Shown one piece after another: positions 25,801 to 37,041 of a DNA stretch of 64,000 nucleotides (positions are counted from its first letter, which is position 1; the number at the start of each line of letters is the position of its first letter). Source of the stretch: Laetmonice hystrix (Eukaryota). The position numbers and the translations under genes are program-made. The notes beneath the pieces are model-generated. The model made no database searches. It saw only the letters and a program-made list of their open reading frames with translations, and was not told the DNA's origin. The stretch lies in the NCBI GenBank assembly GCA_965235115.1, contig OZ249439.1, forward strand, positions 33,978,001-34,042,000. The letters run 5' to 3'.

Positions 25801-25801
25801 T
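4865..25801 (-). CDS. Acidic linker mini-exons of the SET-YR gene: 25774-25801, 25550-25591, 25272-25295, 24609-24677, (6242-6289), 6120-6188, 5679-5720, 5357-5416, 4865-4930
   Basis: Each has an AG acceptor and a GT donor. After the first (28 nt, phase 0 to 1) all are phase 1-1 with lengths divisible by 3 (42, 24, 69, 48, 69, 42, 60, 66 nt) and open, e.g. DESVEKASASCSKVREEDISEKT and DEALEKASASCSRVREEDTSEKT. Their phases join the SET exons to the YR exon. Confidence 0.7.
5929..6072. mobile_element. Harbinger-type palindromic MITE; second family member at ~14599-14747
   Basis: gggcccgttttactaaaagtcgataataacgac...gtcgttattatcgacttttagtaaaactggc with CAG/CTG flanks. Confidence 0.65.
7014..7409. 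mobile_element. CAGTG-terminated MITE with a 6-bp TSD (TAAGCT)
   Basis: taagct|cagtgatgcaaa ... tttgcagcactg|taagct. Confidence 0.7.
7298..7561 (+). repeat. ~264-bp direct repeat, copy 1
   Basis: aaaaaaaaggtctcttacgttggacc...gaggcataggcctaataac matches 20915-21178; the ORF-track peptides at both sites are identical. Confidence 0.95.
9081..14396 (+). CDS. Harbinger Myb/SANT-like DNA-binding protein, ~231 aa; exons 9081-9178, 10124-10290, 11579-11659, 12826-12861, 13123-13241, 14202-14396
   Basis: MSRNPNWSEEETNVLVEGVERRK...KKAAWAAITASVNGVGRAQRSDDEVRRKWTHV...RRQTGGG shows the trihelix W-W-W pattern and TGGG motif, with a C-terminal coiled coil. All introns are GT-AG and in phase; AATAAA near 14786. 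Confidence 0.9.
9429..9774. mobile_element. Kolobok-type MITE
   Basis: ttaa|aggtgctattcgt ... acgaatagcacct|ttaa. Confidence 0.75.
10682..11535. mobile_element. Tc1/mariner-type MITE with ~200-bp imperfect TIRs
   Basis: tcgggtggataaaaaaaaacgccccgaactttaa ... ttaaagttcggggcgttttttttatccacccga in a TA context. Confidence 0.75.
13327..13898. mobile_element. CCGG-terminated element containing a palindromic minisatellite (ctgcaatatttcatag / ctatgaaatattgcag)
   Basis: ccggggtactat ... atagtacaccgg termini; alternating-orientation repeats at ~13456-13890. Confidence 0.55.
13895..14139. repeat. Foldback element built from tgtccgcaaatatcagcta subrepeats
   Basis: atgtccgagaggatatatgtccgcaaatatcagcta ... 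tagctgatatttgcggacatatatcctctcggacat. Confidence 0.7.
17306..20471 (-). CDS. Harbinger (HARBI1-like) transposase, ~349 aa; exons 20253-20471, 19024-19151, 18478-18601, 17683-18159, 17306-17407
   Basis: Motifs LRYLATG, GAIDGTHIPI, RKGFHSINVQVVCD, WPGSTHD, YP, RSVVERAFGRWKQRFRCL and VLHN; the frame stays open across the junctions. The second catalytic Asp reads Tyr (LLGYSAYP). Confidence 0.93.
19313..19491. mobile_element. Harbinger-type MITE
   Basis: gcctagacacacatgggcg ... cgcccatgtgtgtctaggc. Confidence 0.65.
19792..20181. repeat. Inverted (GGGA)n ... (TCCC)n foldback
   Basis: GGGA array, then agggtatagacacgga repeats, a spacer, their reverse complement and a TCCC array. Confidence 0.9.
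20915..21178 (+). repeat. ~264-bp direct repeat, copy 2
   Basis: Matches 7298-7561 and directly abuts the 5'-truncated LINE. Confidence 0.95.
21179..22633 (+). mobile_element. 5'-truncated CR1/L2-clade LINE: RT C-terminal half (21179-22198), 3' UTR and tail
   Basis: SYL..R.QRV, GVPQGSILGPLLFNIFIND, YADD, LGIEID.KLKF and FNYCPIVW motifs; ends aataaaattttacatacatacat. Confidence 0.92.
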
Positions 25802-26067
25802 CTGTAAAACACCAATTTTTAAACAACATTAAAATAATGATGACTGTGGCATAAAAGAATGTACAGGGCAATGTAATATTTCTTTAAATTCTTTCAACAT
25901 GGCATGTATTTATTCGTATCCACCAGACTTAAATTTTGCACAACTGATTTTGCAGATAAAGACAGTATTTTAGACAAGAGGTATCTTCAAACACCTGCAG
26001 AAACATAAGCAACGGGCGTCACAAACAAAAAGAGAAGGTCAACTTTTTCACCAATCGTACAACTTGC

Positions 26068-27270
26068 CTTTCCTTCATCGCGCCACCATAGGTTGGCACC
26101 CTCGCCATAATCGTAGGCCAGTTCCTCTCCGACATCAATGTCCCTCGATGCGAAGAGGAACAAGCGTGGGTAGTTATGGGACACTATTTTTTTCATCCGG
26201 CAGTTGCATTTGCTGGTGCGTTCTTCGGCATCATTTACTAGCCGTCCCAAACGCCCCGTGTTCTCCTTTGCATCAATGCTAGACGTAAGCGATAATACAT
26301 TTCAGTTTGAGTAGGCCTACAGACTGGTCTTTGTCTACAACCTTAAATTATACATGTATTGGGGTGTTCGACCACTCCCTCTGTACAGGCGGACGGAGGT
26401 GAAATAAGAAGCCTCCGGTCATTCGGGTTAGGAACCATCTCTGGGGATTTTGCATGATTTATATGTTTGACATGACACAGTAACATAGAGAATAAGTAGA
26501 TCTATGCAACTTGAATGGTCACTATTACCTAGACATGAACTGTTGGCGTGTGACATGCGGTTTATATTATGTAAATTTTGTATACAAAAAATGGATCTGT
26601 TTGGCTGATATGTATATCATAGATTCAAATAATTCATAAAAATGCCTATGGACTCTACATGTAAGTGATAGTTCAACTTACCACATACTTTTGCCGTTAA
26701 ATCTAAATTCGAATAAATAGCATCTCGGGGGCCATACTTTTCTTCGTTTGTTCAGCCTTTCGCGTCGATGGATTTCTTTTTCACCACTGATATGCTCACC
26801 CGCATATTCGAGGAGGAAATCTCCTTGGGAGAAACTTCGTTTTGTGAATACACCCCACCCTAAAAAGAGAAAAAAATCGGATAAACTGATGTAGTTTCAA
26901 GTTAGTGCATGAATTCTATCTATAAGTTTTAAATACAGACAACTGATACTGTTGACAGTAATTGTGATGTATACGTGTATATCTGCCAGTCCGTACAGAT
27001 CACTAGTGGGGTTCTTAGTAAAATAATATCTTGCAAACACACAAAAACAAGAGTTATAATAACTCTTAATCTAGCATTGATCATTTAGGCTAGTAGCTTG
27101 CCCTGAATAATGTGAAACTTTGATCAATTTGAAAATAAATGGGCAGCCTTGTTCTACGTTTACCCGTACCTTTGAAATCAGAGATGTATCTTTTTTCAAA
27201 GCCATCAGGGTCTACCCCGCATGATGCCCACCATTCCGCTTCCTGAATGGGAGTTTTATTTCGTCTCAGA
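26068..27270 (-). CDS. SET domain (SETD8/PR-Set7-like methyltransferase fold), three exons: ~27170-27270, 26682-26859, 26068-26278
   Basis: Spliced translation reads ...FEKRYISDFKG|WGVFTKRSFSQGDFLLEYAGEHIS...RCYLFEFRFNGKSMC|IDAKENTGRLGRLVND...PRLFLFASRDIDVGEELAYDYGE. It has the GWG, EYxGE, IDA, GRLVN and ELxYDY SET motifs with consistent phases. The last donor is GC-type (aag|gcaagt). The start codon is not resolved. Confidence 0.88.
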
Positions 27271-28407
27271 AACAAAGAATTGTAATACAAACTTACTAGA
27301 CACGTTGTGGTGGCACCACAACGTCACCCCCTAGGAGTCACGTAATATATGACATGTTCTGACTAGGGTAAACTGTGGCTTAAGAGCCGGGAGTCTGTAA
27401 AGTTCTATGAACCAGGCGGTGATACATCATGTTCCAGTAGGCCACTGAAGATTTTTGTGGGCGTAGATATATCGTCCAAACTGACAAAAATTACGTTTTT
27501 TATCAGAGCCTCCTTGATCTTATGGTAATGAATGTATGGGTCGAGTTCTTCCATTTAGCATAACAATTTTCAAGGCTTACTCAGTTACTAAGGGAGTCGC
27601 CCATAGGTGACGCTTCAAATCATGACTTTTTGCATTTTGGGCTACATACATTTGAGACCCTCCCAGGGCCTGCGCTCTCATTAAGATACATTGGGACTAG
27701 TTCTTTCCAAATTTGCATAAATGGCCTTTGCATAGGTGGCGCGTTTTATGGCAAGAACGCGATTTTAGGCAATATTCATTAGGCCCTATCTCAGTGCGCC
27801 CCCTATGGATTTCAGTGAAACTTGTTTTATTATGTTCCTCTGTATCTCTGCTATTCATAATAAAAATTTTAAAAAGGCTTTTTTGCCTCGTTCCACTCAC
27901 TCGTTCCACACACTCCACTTCATCAAGAAAAACAAATTTAGGTTACTGCTCCAATACTCCAATAGGTGGCTCAGCTGGCAGGTGGCAGCACTGCAGTGAC
28001 CACATGTTTTGACGGCATGTTCAGAGTGAACGTTTTAGCACATGTATAGAGGGTCTTTTTTTGCGTTTTGTGTACATTTGTGTGCATAAATGAGTTTTCA
28101 ATTTACCGTGAGAAACTCAGAAAGTTGTGACATACCGGGGGGGGGGGGGTCAGGTTAAAAACCGGGAGTTCCCCAGTGAAACCAGGGGACTTGGCAGGTC
28201 TGTGAAACCCTGTTCAGGTCTAAACTGGCAACTCTTTTAGCCCAATTCTTACCTAAAAAACACACTTTCCGAAGCTAAACTGTAGTATCGTTAGCCCTAT
28301 TCCTAACCCTAAGCGAAGGTCACTCTTTGGATGATTCAACATTACTTTTGCTTTAGTAGTGCAGTACCAAATTGTTAGTTGTTAGTCCCGACCAGTTGTC
28401 AATTTAA

Positions 28408-28923
28408 AGGCCCGGTCACACAGAGCCGACTACCCCCAACCCGATGGTCGAAGGCCGGGGGAGTCCAAATCGGCCAACTACTCAGTCAGTCTGATATATG
28501 CCCAACCATGCCACACTGAATGCGATCCGAAAGTCGGGAGTGGGATGCCACACTAGCGACACCACTCGTGACCATATACTATTCTAACTTTTCATTCCCC
28601 TAGCGGTAGTTCCCACTCTGCCATGTTGTTTGTGTTGTCCCGCTCGCAGGGTATCTTGGGAGTAGCGTTTGTATGGTGCGCGCTGTGATTGGCTGGTAAG
28701 CAGCCCGACTGTTGAGTCTGGTCGGTAGGTATGCCACACAGGCCCGACTAGGCCCGACCAGACCAAACCGTTTGGTGCAGGACAAGATGAACGACCGGAC
28801 TGGTCAGTCGGTGAAAAACACCCGACTACGGCCGACTGACCATGCCAGACAGGGCCGACTACCCCTGACTCGACTCCCCCAGACCATCGGGTCGGGGGTA
28901 GTCGGCTCTGTGTGGCCGGGCCT
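28408..28923. mobile_element. Harbinger-type MITE with TAA TSD
   Basis: taa|aggcccggtcacacagagccgactacccc ... ggggtagtcggctctgtgtggccgggcct|taa. Confidence 0.8.
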
Positions 28924-29183
28924 TAAGGATGTCCACAGGATTTTTTTTGCATTTAAATCTCCTTGCTTTCCCTTGATATCCCGTCAAGAAAGAATACAGT
29001 TGAAAGTAGCCCTACTATGAAATCGTTATTGAATATGGTTTATCACTTATACCTGGAAAATCCATGCTTTTCCCAAATTTTCTAATTGACTTTTCAATGC
29101 AGGGAATACATCGTGGACACACTGCATAACTTAAGACCTGCACTAAACCATCATTATTTCTTCACTCCAGCGTTTTGGCTTAC

Positions 29184-29213
29184 CTTCGATCTGCTGTTCA
29201 GGCTGCAACTTAA
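29184..29213 (-). other. Possible upstream 30-nt phase-1 mini-exon (KLQPEQQIE)
   Basis: ttttttttccag|ttaagttgcagcctgaacagcagatcgaag|gtaagc has strong splice sites and the same style as the linker exons; linkage to the SET gene is unproven. Confidence 0.35.
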
Positions 29214-29279
29214 CTGGAAAAAAAAATCGTGAGGCAGAGTGAAAAATTAGGAGCCAGAACTTATTTCGCCAATTGCTAG

Positions 29280-29280
<1 letters not shown>

Positions 29281-29328
<48 letters not shown>
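29281..29328. repeat. (TTA)n microsatellite
   Basis: Read directly from the sequence. Confidence 0.95.
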
Positions 29329-29842
29329 GTGTTGTTTATGTTGTTGCTGCGGCTGGTTTTGCCGTCAAAATCTGGATCTAAACTTACACTAGAAATAAAA
29401 TAAATTCTTACTATATATTTTCCCCTTGAAGAAGAAGCCATTCTCAGCCTGTGAGTGTGAGAAATAACATTTCCTGGTTAAAAGATATGAATTCAATGCT
29501 TACATGAATGGTATTATCATATTTTAGCTTAAATGTATGTTTCATATACAGGTGTGGATTTTTTTTTTTTTGGGGGGGGGCAATAATTCCCTTATGGATA
29601 ATAATGACACAAACAGCACCTCCTTGACCCTTGTGAATAGTAAGGTGCCCTCCCTGCCCTTTTAAATAGATCCCGACAACCCACCCCCACACCCAGGAAT
29701 TGTCACAGCTGGCCCCGTATTTTAATTTTTTGTCAAATCAGTAGTCGAATAAAGTTCACTTCAGCAAGCCTACATATTGTGCCCTGTCTTTCTGAACTTG
29801 GGGGGGGGGGGGTCACTGTAGCCAACGTACTTAAGCCCATTC

Positions 29843-30152
29843 ACCAGGGTCCCCACTTGGCTGTTTAACTTTAAGCCACGATCTGTGTTTCCCCACTGAG
29901 GTCCCCACTTGGCTATGTCATTTCCCGAGTCCTCATCTGTTTGTGTTAAACCAAGGTCCCTACTTGACAGTTTGTTTACCAAGGTCCTCACATGAACTAG
30001 TGAGCTGTGTTCCATTTACCAGGGTCCCCACTTGGCTGTTTAAGCCACGAGTTCATTTTGTGTTTCCCCACTGAGATCCCCACCTCGCTGTGTCATTTCC
30101 AGAGTCCTCATTTATTTGTGTTAAACCAACTGGCCAAGGTCCCTACTTGACA
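29843..30152 (+). repeat. Tandem duplication, ~175-bp unit, two copies
   Basis: ccagggtccccacttggctgtttaa...ccaaggtccctacttgaca at ~29844 and ~30019. Confidence 0.8.
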
Positions 30153-32245
30153 CAGACAGTGGCCTGACGTAGAAAATTTGGAGTTCTTGGCATAAGCTTA
30201 AGAAGTAGAGAGTCAAACCAAATCAGCTCACAATTATCTTTTATTTCAGTAGGACTCCACAATTAATGTAAACATGGGCTGTTACGTTAGATAAAGCCGT
30301 GGACTACTTATATCCAAAAATTATGTAATACCCATAGAAAAGGAGAAATCTAATTAAATCTAATTAAAATCAACATTCCAGTTGCCTGTTGTTATGAAGC
30401 GATCAGCCTATGGCTGGTGTAATATGTTGACAAAATCTTTGACCTGGCATTGACTTGAACAGCCAATGAAATTTCATCAGGCGATAAACCAATGAATTTC
30501 ATTAGCTGTTCAAGTCAATGCCATAATACCAACAATGGATAGCAAGCACTTTGCTTAGTAAATAATTATATAGGCGTAGCCCTTTTCCCACATTTAAGTC
30601 AGTCTTATCCTTCAGGCATGAGAGTAACGACTGAAAAAAAATCTGAAAATTTCCAGGGCTATGGAAAATGGCGAGGCCCTTGGGATATCAAGGGGCAAAG
30701 CCCCTGTAAGCTGAACAAACAAAATCAGGTACCTTAGAGTTTTCACAAAACACAGTTTGCATTGAGACTTTATGCCAGGATGACGCAATGTTGCAATGTT
30801 TGCTGGCAAGTTTTGATGAATCCGAACAGGTTTTACCCTCACCCCCCCCCCCCCCCCCGATCATAATGCATTGTGAGATCTCAACGGAGATCTCGATGAT
30901 CTCGATGACCACAAAAATTTGGATGTAAAAAAATCGGAATTCCTCTAAAACTTTGGGGATCAGTTAGCCAGAGTGCATGTAACTGAAAGAGGCTATATAA
31001 CGGCACAGTGTGTTACCGGTGTCACGGTCCCGGGGTTCCTGTCAGTCCGAAAGTTCCTATATCCAATCAAAATCCAGAACCACATGTGCGCTCAGCCGTG
31101 CAGGCGTGAAAACCGTCCCTCGAACAGCAACAGCTAGAACCCCAGTCCAGTTGTTCCTGCACCGCCGTGTAAGACGTTGTGTCTTCATTTTTCAGTTACT
31201 GTAGGCCGCATTTTTACGTTACCTTACCAAGCAAATCAACCTTAGGACAAATTCTATATTGTTACAGCAAAAGATCTAGTACTAGGCCCATTTTTTTACA
31301 AAGAAGGTATGCTTTAGTGGCTGTTTCAGAACCTTTGCCTTGGACTTATCTAAATATCATTTCAGCACAATTACTCGCATTCCCAATTTGTAGAATCTTT
31401 ATTCCACTAAACATTGCAGTTTCTCGCTGTTGAATATTAATCCATGTTACACATTGTCTTGTCCCCCCCGAAACTTCGGGAAAGGGTAAACCGATGCGGG
31501 AAATCTGTTCAAGTGATTTAATGTCAATGTCCTTCTCGCCCTCCCGTGGCTACGGGAAAGGGCCAGGATATAACTTTCTTGTCCATAACGTAAGTCTTCT
31601 TAGTTCTAGTTCCCCGTGGCTACGGGCAGAACCGAGAACCATCATTATTTGTTGGGCCCTACGGCCAAACAGGTGACCAAAGGAACCCGGGAGGCGCCGG
31701 GGATGGAGGCGGGCAACAACCTGTTCATGTGCCTTCTCAACTCAAACTGGATTTCAAACTTTGCCCCTTAGCAACATCCCGCGCCAGTCTGCGCACGCAC
31801 CTTATCCAGACTTGCGCACCTTACCCAGTTCCGGCTAAGACACACTCAATTTCGCGCTCCTTGTTGTGCTGAAAATCTATTTCGTGTCACGAAATTCCTC
31901 TTTCAGCACAATTACTCGCATTCCCAATTTGTAGAATCTTTATTCCACTAAACATTGCAGTTTCTCGCTGTTGAATATTAATCCATGTTACACATTGTCT
32001 TGTCCCCCCCGAAACTTCGGGAAAGGGTAAACCGATGCGGGAAATCTGTTCAAGTGATTTAATGTCAATGTCCTTCTCGCCCTCCCGTGGCTACGGGAAA
32101 GGGCCAGGATATAACTTTCTTGTCCATAACGTAAGTCTTCTTAGTTCTAGTTCCCCGTGGCTACGGGCAGAACCGAGAACCATCATTATTTGTTGGGCCC
32201 TACGGCCAAACAGGTGACCAAAGGAACCTGGGCCCAACCCAACCC

Positions 32246-32560
32246 CTAAAACAGAAGGCAAATGTACTTACGAAAAGCGTCTGACCGCCATCTACCCAAC
32301 AGACTGATCTGAGCATCTGAGTACCCCGCCCTGGCCGGTTCAGAGGCGGCTCCTATCCTGAAACTATGGCCCTTGAAATGAGTGGTGTCCATCCTACATG
32401 CCATAAAAGGCTTAAATAAGGCAACAACCCGGAAATATGTATACCGAACCCCTGACACTCAAAAAACTCAGTCAACAATCTAACAGTACACATCACGTGA
32501 TATGAACCCAAGGCCAACTGAATCCGCCGGGGAACCGACGAGGTATCCATGGACACCAAC
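32246..32560 (-). pseudogene. Ngaro tyrosine recombinase C-terminal remnant
   Basis: FKGHSFRIGAAS...AGYSDAQISLLGRWRSDAFRKYI contains HxxR, GRW and the catalytic Tyr. Confidence 0.9.
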
Positions 32561-33699
32561 CCTAAACTGTATCACTGGAACACCAAACTGTACACTCGGA
32601 TACCAACCCTAACTGCATCACTGGAACACTAACCCGTAAACCGGGACACCAACCCCAACCTGTATCACATATATTAGGGTTGTTAAACGCCAATATTATA
32701 CTTATCCAATCCACAAGAGCTACCTTACAGTACATTACAATCCATATTGACGCTCATCACCTGCTCTCCACGTCTCGCGACGGACCAACGGTAGAATTAA
32801 CATAAACTTCACCTAGCAAGTTCATTTAATTGAAAATCATCATCCAATCAAAATATCCGTCCTAGGACGATGAACTTAGACCCTTATAGATGTCACTTGG
32901 CTCTTAATAGTCTGAACGTCAGGCGATCTCAACCCCCCGCACTAAAAACCAGGGATAAAACCCACTGTTAGGAAAAAACCCTGGAAAAGCGTAAAGGCGA
33001 CTACGATGATATTCTAAGGGTACCCATCAACTCTGCTATACACAAACCCATGTACACACACCCAAACTACCGTGGCATCCACACCCTGACCAAATCAAAC
33101 AGGGATTCAGCAGTAAAACACCGCGTATGTATACACACTGTACGTTGGTATATCTCATTGGTATATCTCATATCATAGTCAATCGTTCTTCACATTAACT
33201 AGCGACATAATGTCCCCTAGTCACTAGCTGGGATGTCCGATGCACGCGACTCCCATCCGCAGGAGTCAGCCTTGTCCGGCAGGATTGTATCATGGTTTCC
33301 TATCCAGATTTTTCTACCTAGGGAGACACCCGCTCACTCTCACCAACTTGTCGCAGGTCTTGATTCCCCCCCTTGGGGGCGGAATGGCCATTGTAGCCAC
33401 CCCCAGCATTCCGTGTTCCTTCCAATCGCATTGACCTCACCAGGGGCCGGGAGTCAACCCTTTCACACTGACGCCCAGACTCCTTGATCCACCAGGCGAC
33501 ACCTTCGTGGCACCAATCGTATTCTGTCGTCGACGACCCTGTTATCTTCCTGAAGACCATAACGAATCCAAGACCAAGCTCCATCGTTTCAGCTCATCCA
33601 ATGGTCGACATGGCAATGAAAATTTAAAACAACAATATAATATCAATATTACCAATCATAAGGATCATTCCTTTGCCAACCCATCTGGACCCCTATTGC

Positions 33700-34300
33700 A
33701 CTAATCTGATGACGCCATGGATACGCGTTAGCACATGTAAGAAGCCGCCCCCATTGGTATAGTATTTGCGTGATAGAACTTAGAGTCCCATTTAACCCCA
33801 GTAATTAGTAATCCTTTGTGTGTATGGGGATAATTTTAAAGGCGGACCTTCAGTTTTCGGCATAAAGGTTCCATTGCCTATTCGTTTTATAATAGCTACG
33901 GCATCACCCAACGCAGCATATTACACAGTCTTCTCTTCAAAAGGTATGTTATAATTCACTCTCACTGACTCCCCAAACGGATGGGACAATTTATGGATAA
34001 AGCAATACTCCCTATGGAACTTTCTTCGGATCGAGACGAACGAGAGAAACATGGAATTTAGGTAACTGTGGATGGGAAAATGGGCCCGCAATACGGGACA
34101 GTGCCAACTTTCCACTTTCAGGGTCATCATCGTCATCTGTTGTTGATCCATTTTAGGGTTGGAACTTCTATATCGCAACGGAAACCCTAGGCTAAATCTC
34201 AGTTCAAGATACAAAACTTTATCGGGGCAATAACCCGCTCTTAATAATGACTCCTTGAGTCTAGAACCCACAACTGGAGTCGGAAGTGCCAAGTTAACCG
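33700..34300 (-). pseudogene. Ngaro reverse transcriptase remnant
   Basis: LPTPVV..RL...L...GY...LGFPLRY; CFIHKLSHPFGESV..NIP...V*YAALGDAVAIIKRIGNGTFMPK; PMG. Multiple stops and frameshifts. Confidence 0.75.
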
Positions 34301-34479
34301 GAGCAATTTCTTTCTGAGCCTGCAACTGCAGGGACTCAGTTAGCGCCACCACGGGCGTCTCCCCTGGACTTCCCGGTATCACCAAGGACACTTCATGTGC
34401 CACCACCGGACAACCATTGGGGACCACTTGATGTCTGCTGCCGTCGCTGCCGTCGCTGCCGTCGCTGCCGTTCCTGCTG

Positions 34480-35598
34480 GAGCCCTCCACGGAAGCTCCC
34501 TCAACGAAATGTTGGGTAAGCCGCGCCACATAGCGGACAATTTATGGGAACATCTGCAGTCTTTAACTGCACCCGTTCCCACGACGGAATTGAAACCAGT
34601 GGCCTATCGGGATCCTAGAGGTCGGTCTTGGCCGTTGCACTCGCGGACGATCTGATTCCCCCGTCTGGACCGCCCCCCGACGCATGCCATATAAACTGGC
34701 ATTCCAGAATAATTCAACATTCAACTGGCCCCACATTATTGAACCATCTGTCACGCCCCTTCTGAAGCTCTCATCGTACATTTACCAGTCGCCACCAGAC
34801 GCCGCCACCTTTTTGACATACTGAGCATGGGCGATCAGAGATCATGACAAGTGTAGGTGGACCTTAATCAAAATGGCATGGAAACGAGCAAACGCTTGGT
34901 CCCACTCCCCCACATTCCTAGGCAGTCCGGGAGCGTCTTCACCAGCCTCAACGTTGGAAGAACCCGTCGCCTACGGCCTTGACAACAACGAGGATAGTTC
35001 CACATATTGATTCTCCTAAATCTTATTTTTAAGGGAGGCTGAGACACCGGAAACCAGTGACGTTGATATTGTGTTTCACTCACTATGGATTGAGCTCCCC
35101 CCATATACCAGCAAACCAGTCAACGTTGACGCCGATGATGGACCTTGAGGTGGAATCGTCGCAGCAACCGACGGTGGCCCCGATGCTGAAGCTGAAGCCG
35201 CCTGTAGCCGATGGATGAATCGATGGTAACAACACTTGCTGGGCGTGAAGATTCTGCGGCCCTAAAAACTGAACCGGATGTCTACCCCCCTGCACGCCTG
35301 CAGCCGCAGGAACGACAAGGGGATCTGGCGTATTGCGTTCCAACACCGGCCTCCGCTGGTGCCCAAAGGCCGACATCGCCTCAGTCACGTCCTTCCCCAC
35401 CGACTGAGACACTCCTAGCATAATGGTTTCCACCGAATTGTCATGACGGCCTGCCTGACGCAAAGCCCCGGGGGATGATGACTGAGACGGCGTACGGGGC
35501 ACTACTACAGGAGCTGGACCCACACGATTCCGCGCACGCCCCCGTCTATTCACCGGCATAGGACCTTGTGGTGGGCCACGCCCCCTCCGACCTCTCAC
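34480..35598 (-). pseudogene. Ngaro gag-like ORF1 remnant
   Basis: Arg-rich N-terminus, SLKNKI*ENQYVELSSLL, YDESFR...W, and a degenerate Cys/His finger near 34480-34610. Confidence 0.7.
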
Positions 35599-35789
35599 TA
35601 CACCTCTACGAGGAGGTTGCTTCTTCTAGTCTGTGCCGGCCGAATCCTTAACAAAATCAAGAACATTCATTAACCATTGCCTTAATCTTTTACATATATA
35701 TCACACACCACATGGGTAACAACACCTCGGCCTACACCCCAACCTCAAGCACATCACCAACTCAATTCGCCCTGCTCAAGGCTTTCACC

Positions 35790-36321
35790 GAACTAATCAA
35801 TACAGATCTAATACTGGTGAACAACTTAGCGTTCCCATGGCTATATTTAGATGCACACCCTCACGGAACATAAAGTCACCTGCCCCTATCGTACGAGGAT
35901 GACGACAACACCTTCCTTCACCCGGGCTTTAAAATGGTCTATTCTCTCTGAGTAATCAGGGACAGACTTCGGGTAGGTCCTCCGTCAAAAAGCGGTACAC
36001 ACACAACCCTGCACACACTAAATTCCCCGTGGCTCTTCTCACCACTACTAATAACCTCTCCCCCAATAGTCGCAGATGCACTTCGGTGTCGTTCGCCCCC
36101 ATCATCAGGATGAGTACGTGGGGTTGATAGTCGTCCATACAGTCCCACAGGGTTGGCGACCTTCCAGGTGGGCCACCGCCCCTCCTCTGACTCCTTGGAA
36201 AGTCACGTCCACATCTGCCAACCCAAAGTTCTGTGAACGGTGTGACTCGTCGATTTAGGTAGCTAACCGGCGAACATACGAATCGCCCATCAGCAGCGCC
36301 CGCCACTTGAACTCCGTCATG
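35790..36321 (-). pseudogene. SGNH/GDSL hydrolase remnant inside the Ngaro element
   Basis: Across frames: ALLMGDSYVRRL (block I), FQGVRGGAVAHL (block II), PHVLILMMGAND (block III) and FREGVHLN (block V). Confidence 0.8.
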
Positions 36322-36455
36322 ACGAAACTGGCCCAGTATCGGAAGGAATAATATTATAGACACCTAACATCAAATACAGTCATACATGTTAACGATTTAC
36401 CGGAACCGGGGGGCAGGGCAGGGCAGGGCAGGGCAAGGCCAGGGAGGAATTCCAA

Positions 36456-37041
36456 GTGCTGTCCCAAACCTCACCGACATGACAAGCACTGGCAACCAAC
36501 AAGGACAAATGGAACGCCATCTCATGCACGTAGGCCATCTTGATGAGCGCGGAAACGGGAGGCGTCAACTCAAGCACATTGCCATCATCGCTAAACACAA
36601 TTACATCCGAGTGCTGTCTCCCAAACCTCACCGACACGACAAGCACCGGTGACGACCAATAAGGACAAGTGGAACGCCATCTCATGCACGTAGGCCATCT
36701 TGATGAGCGCGATTAAGGAAACGGGACGCGTCACCTCAAGCACATTGCCATCGTTGATGAACGCAATTACATCCGAGTGCTGTCTCCCAAACCTCACCGA
36801 CACGACAAGCACCGGTGACGACCAATAAGGACAAGTGGAACGCCATCTCATGCACATAGGCCATCTTGATGAGCGCGATTAAGGAAACGGGACGCGTCAC
36901 CTCAAGCACATTGCCATCGTTGATGAACGCAATTACATCCGAGTGCTGTCTCCCAAACCTCACCGACACGACAAGCACCGGTGACGACCAATAAGGACAA
37001 GTGGAACGCCATCTTATGCACGTAGACATTTTGATGAGCGC
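36456..37041. repeat. 166-bp tandem repeat (~3.5 units) in the Ngaro 5' region
   Basis: gtgctgtctcccaaacctcaccgac starts at 36611, 36777 and 36943, with a degenerate unit at ~36456. Confidence 0.9.

Noticed and set aside
31494..32217. Two identical 60-aa ORFs as duplicated genes
   Set aside because: They are chance ORFs within the Ngaro B repeats.
36456..37041. CRISPR-like array
   Set aside because: Whole units repeat with no unique spacers, in a eukaryotic context with no cas genes; the same applies to 13456-13890 and 60595-61215.
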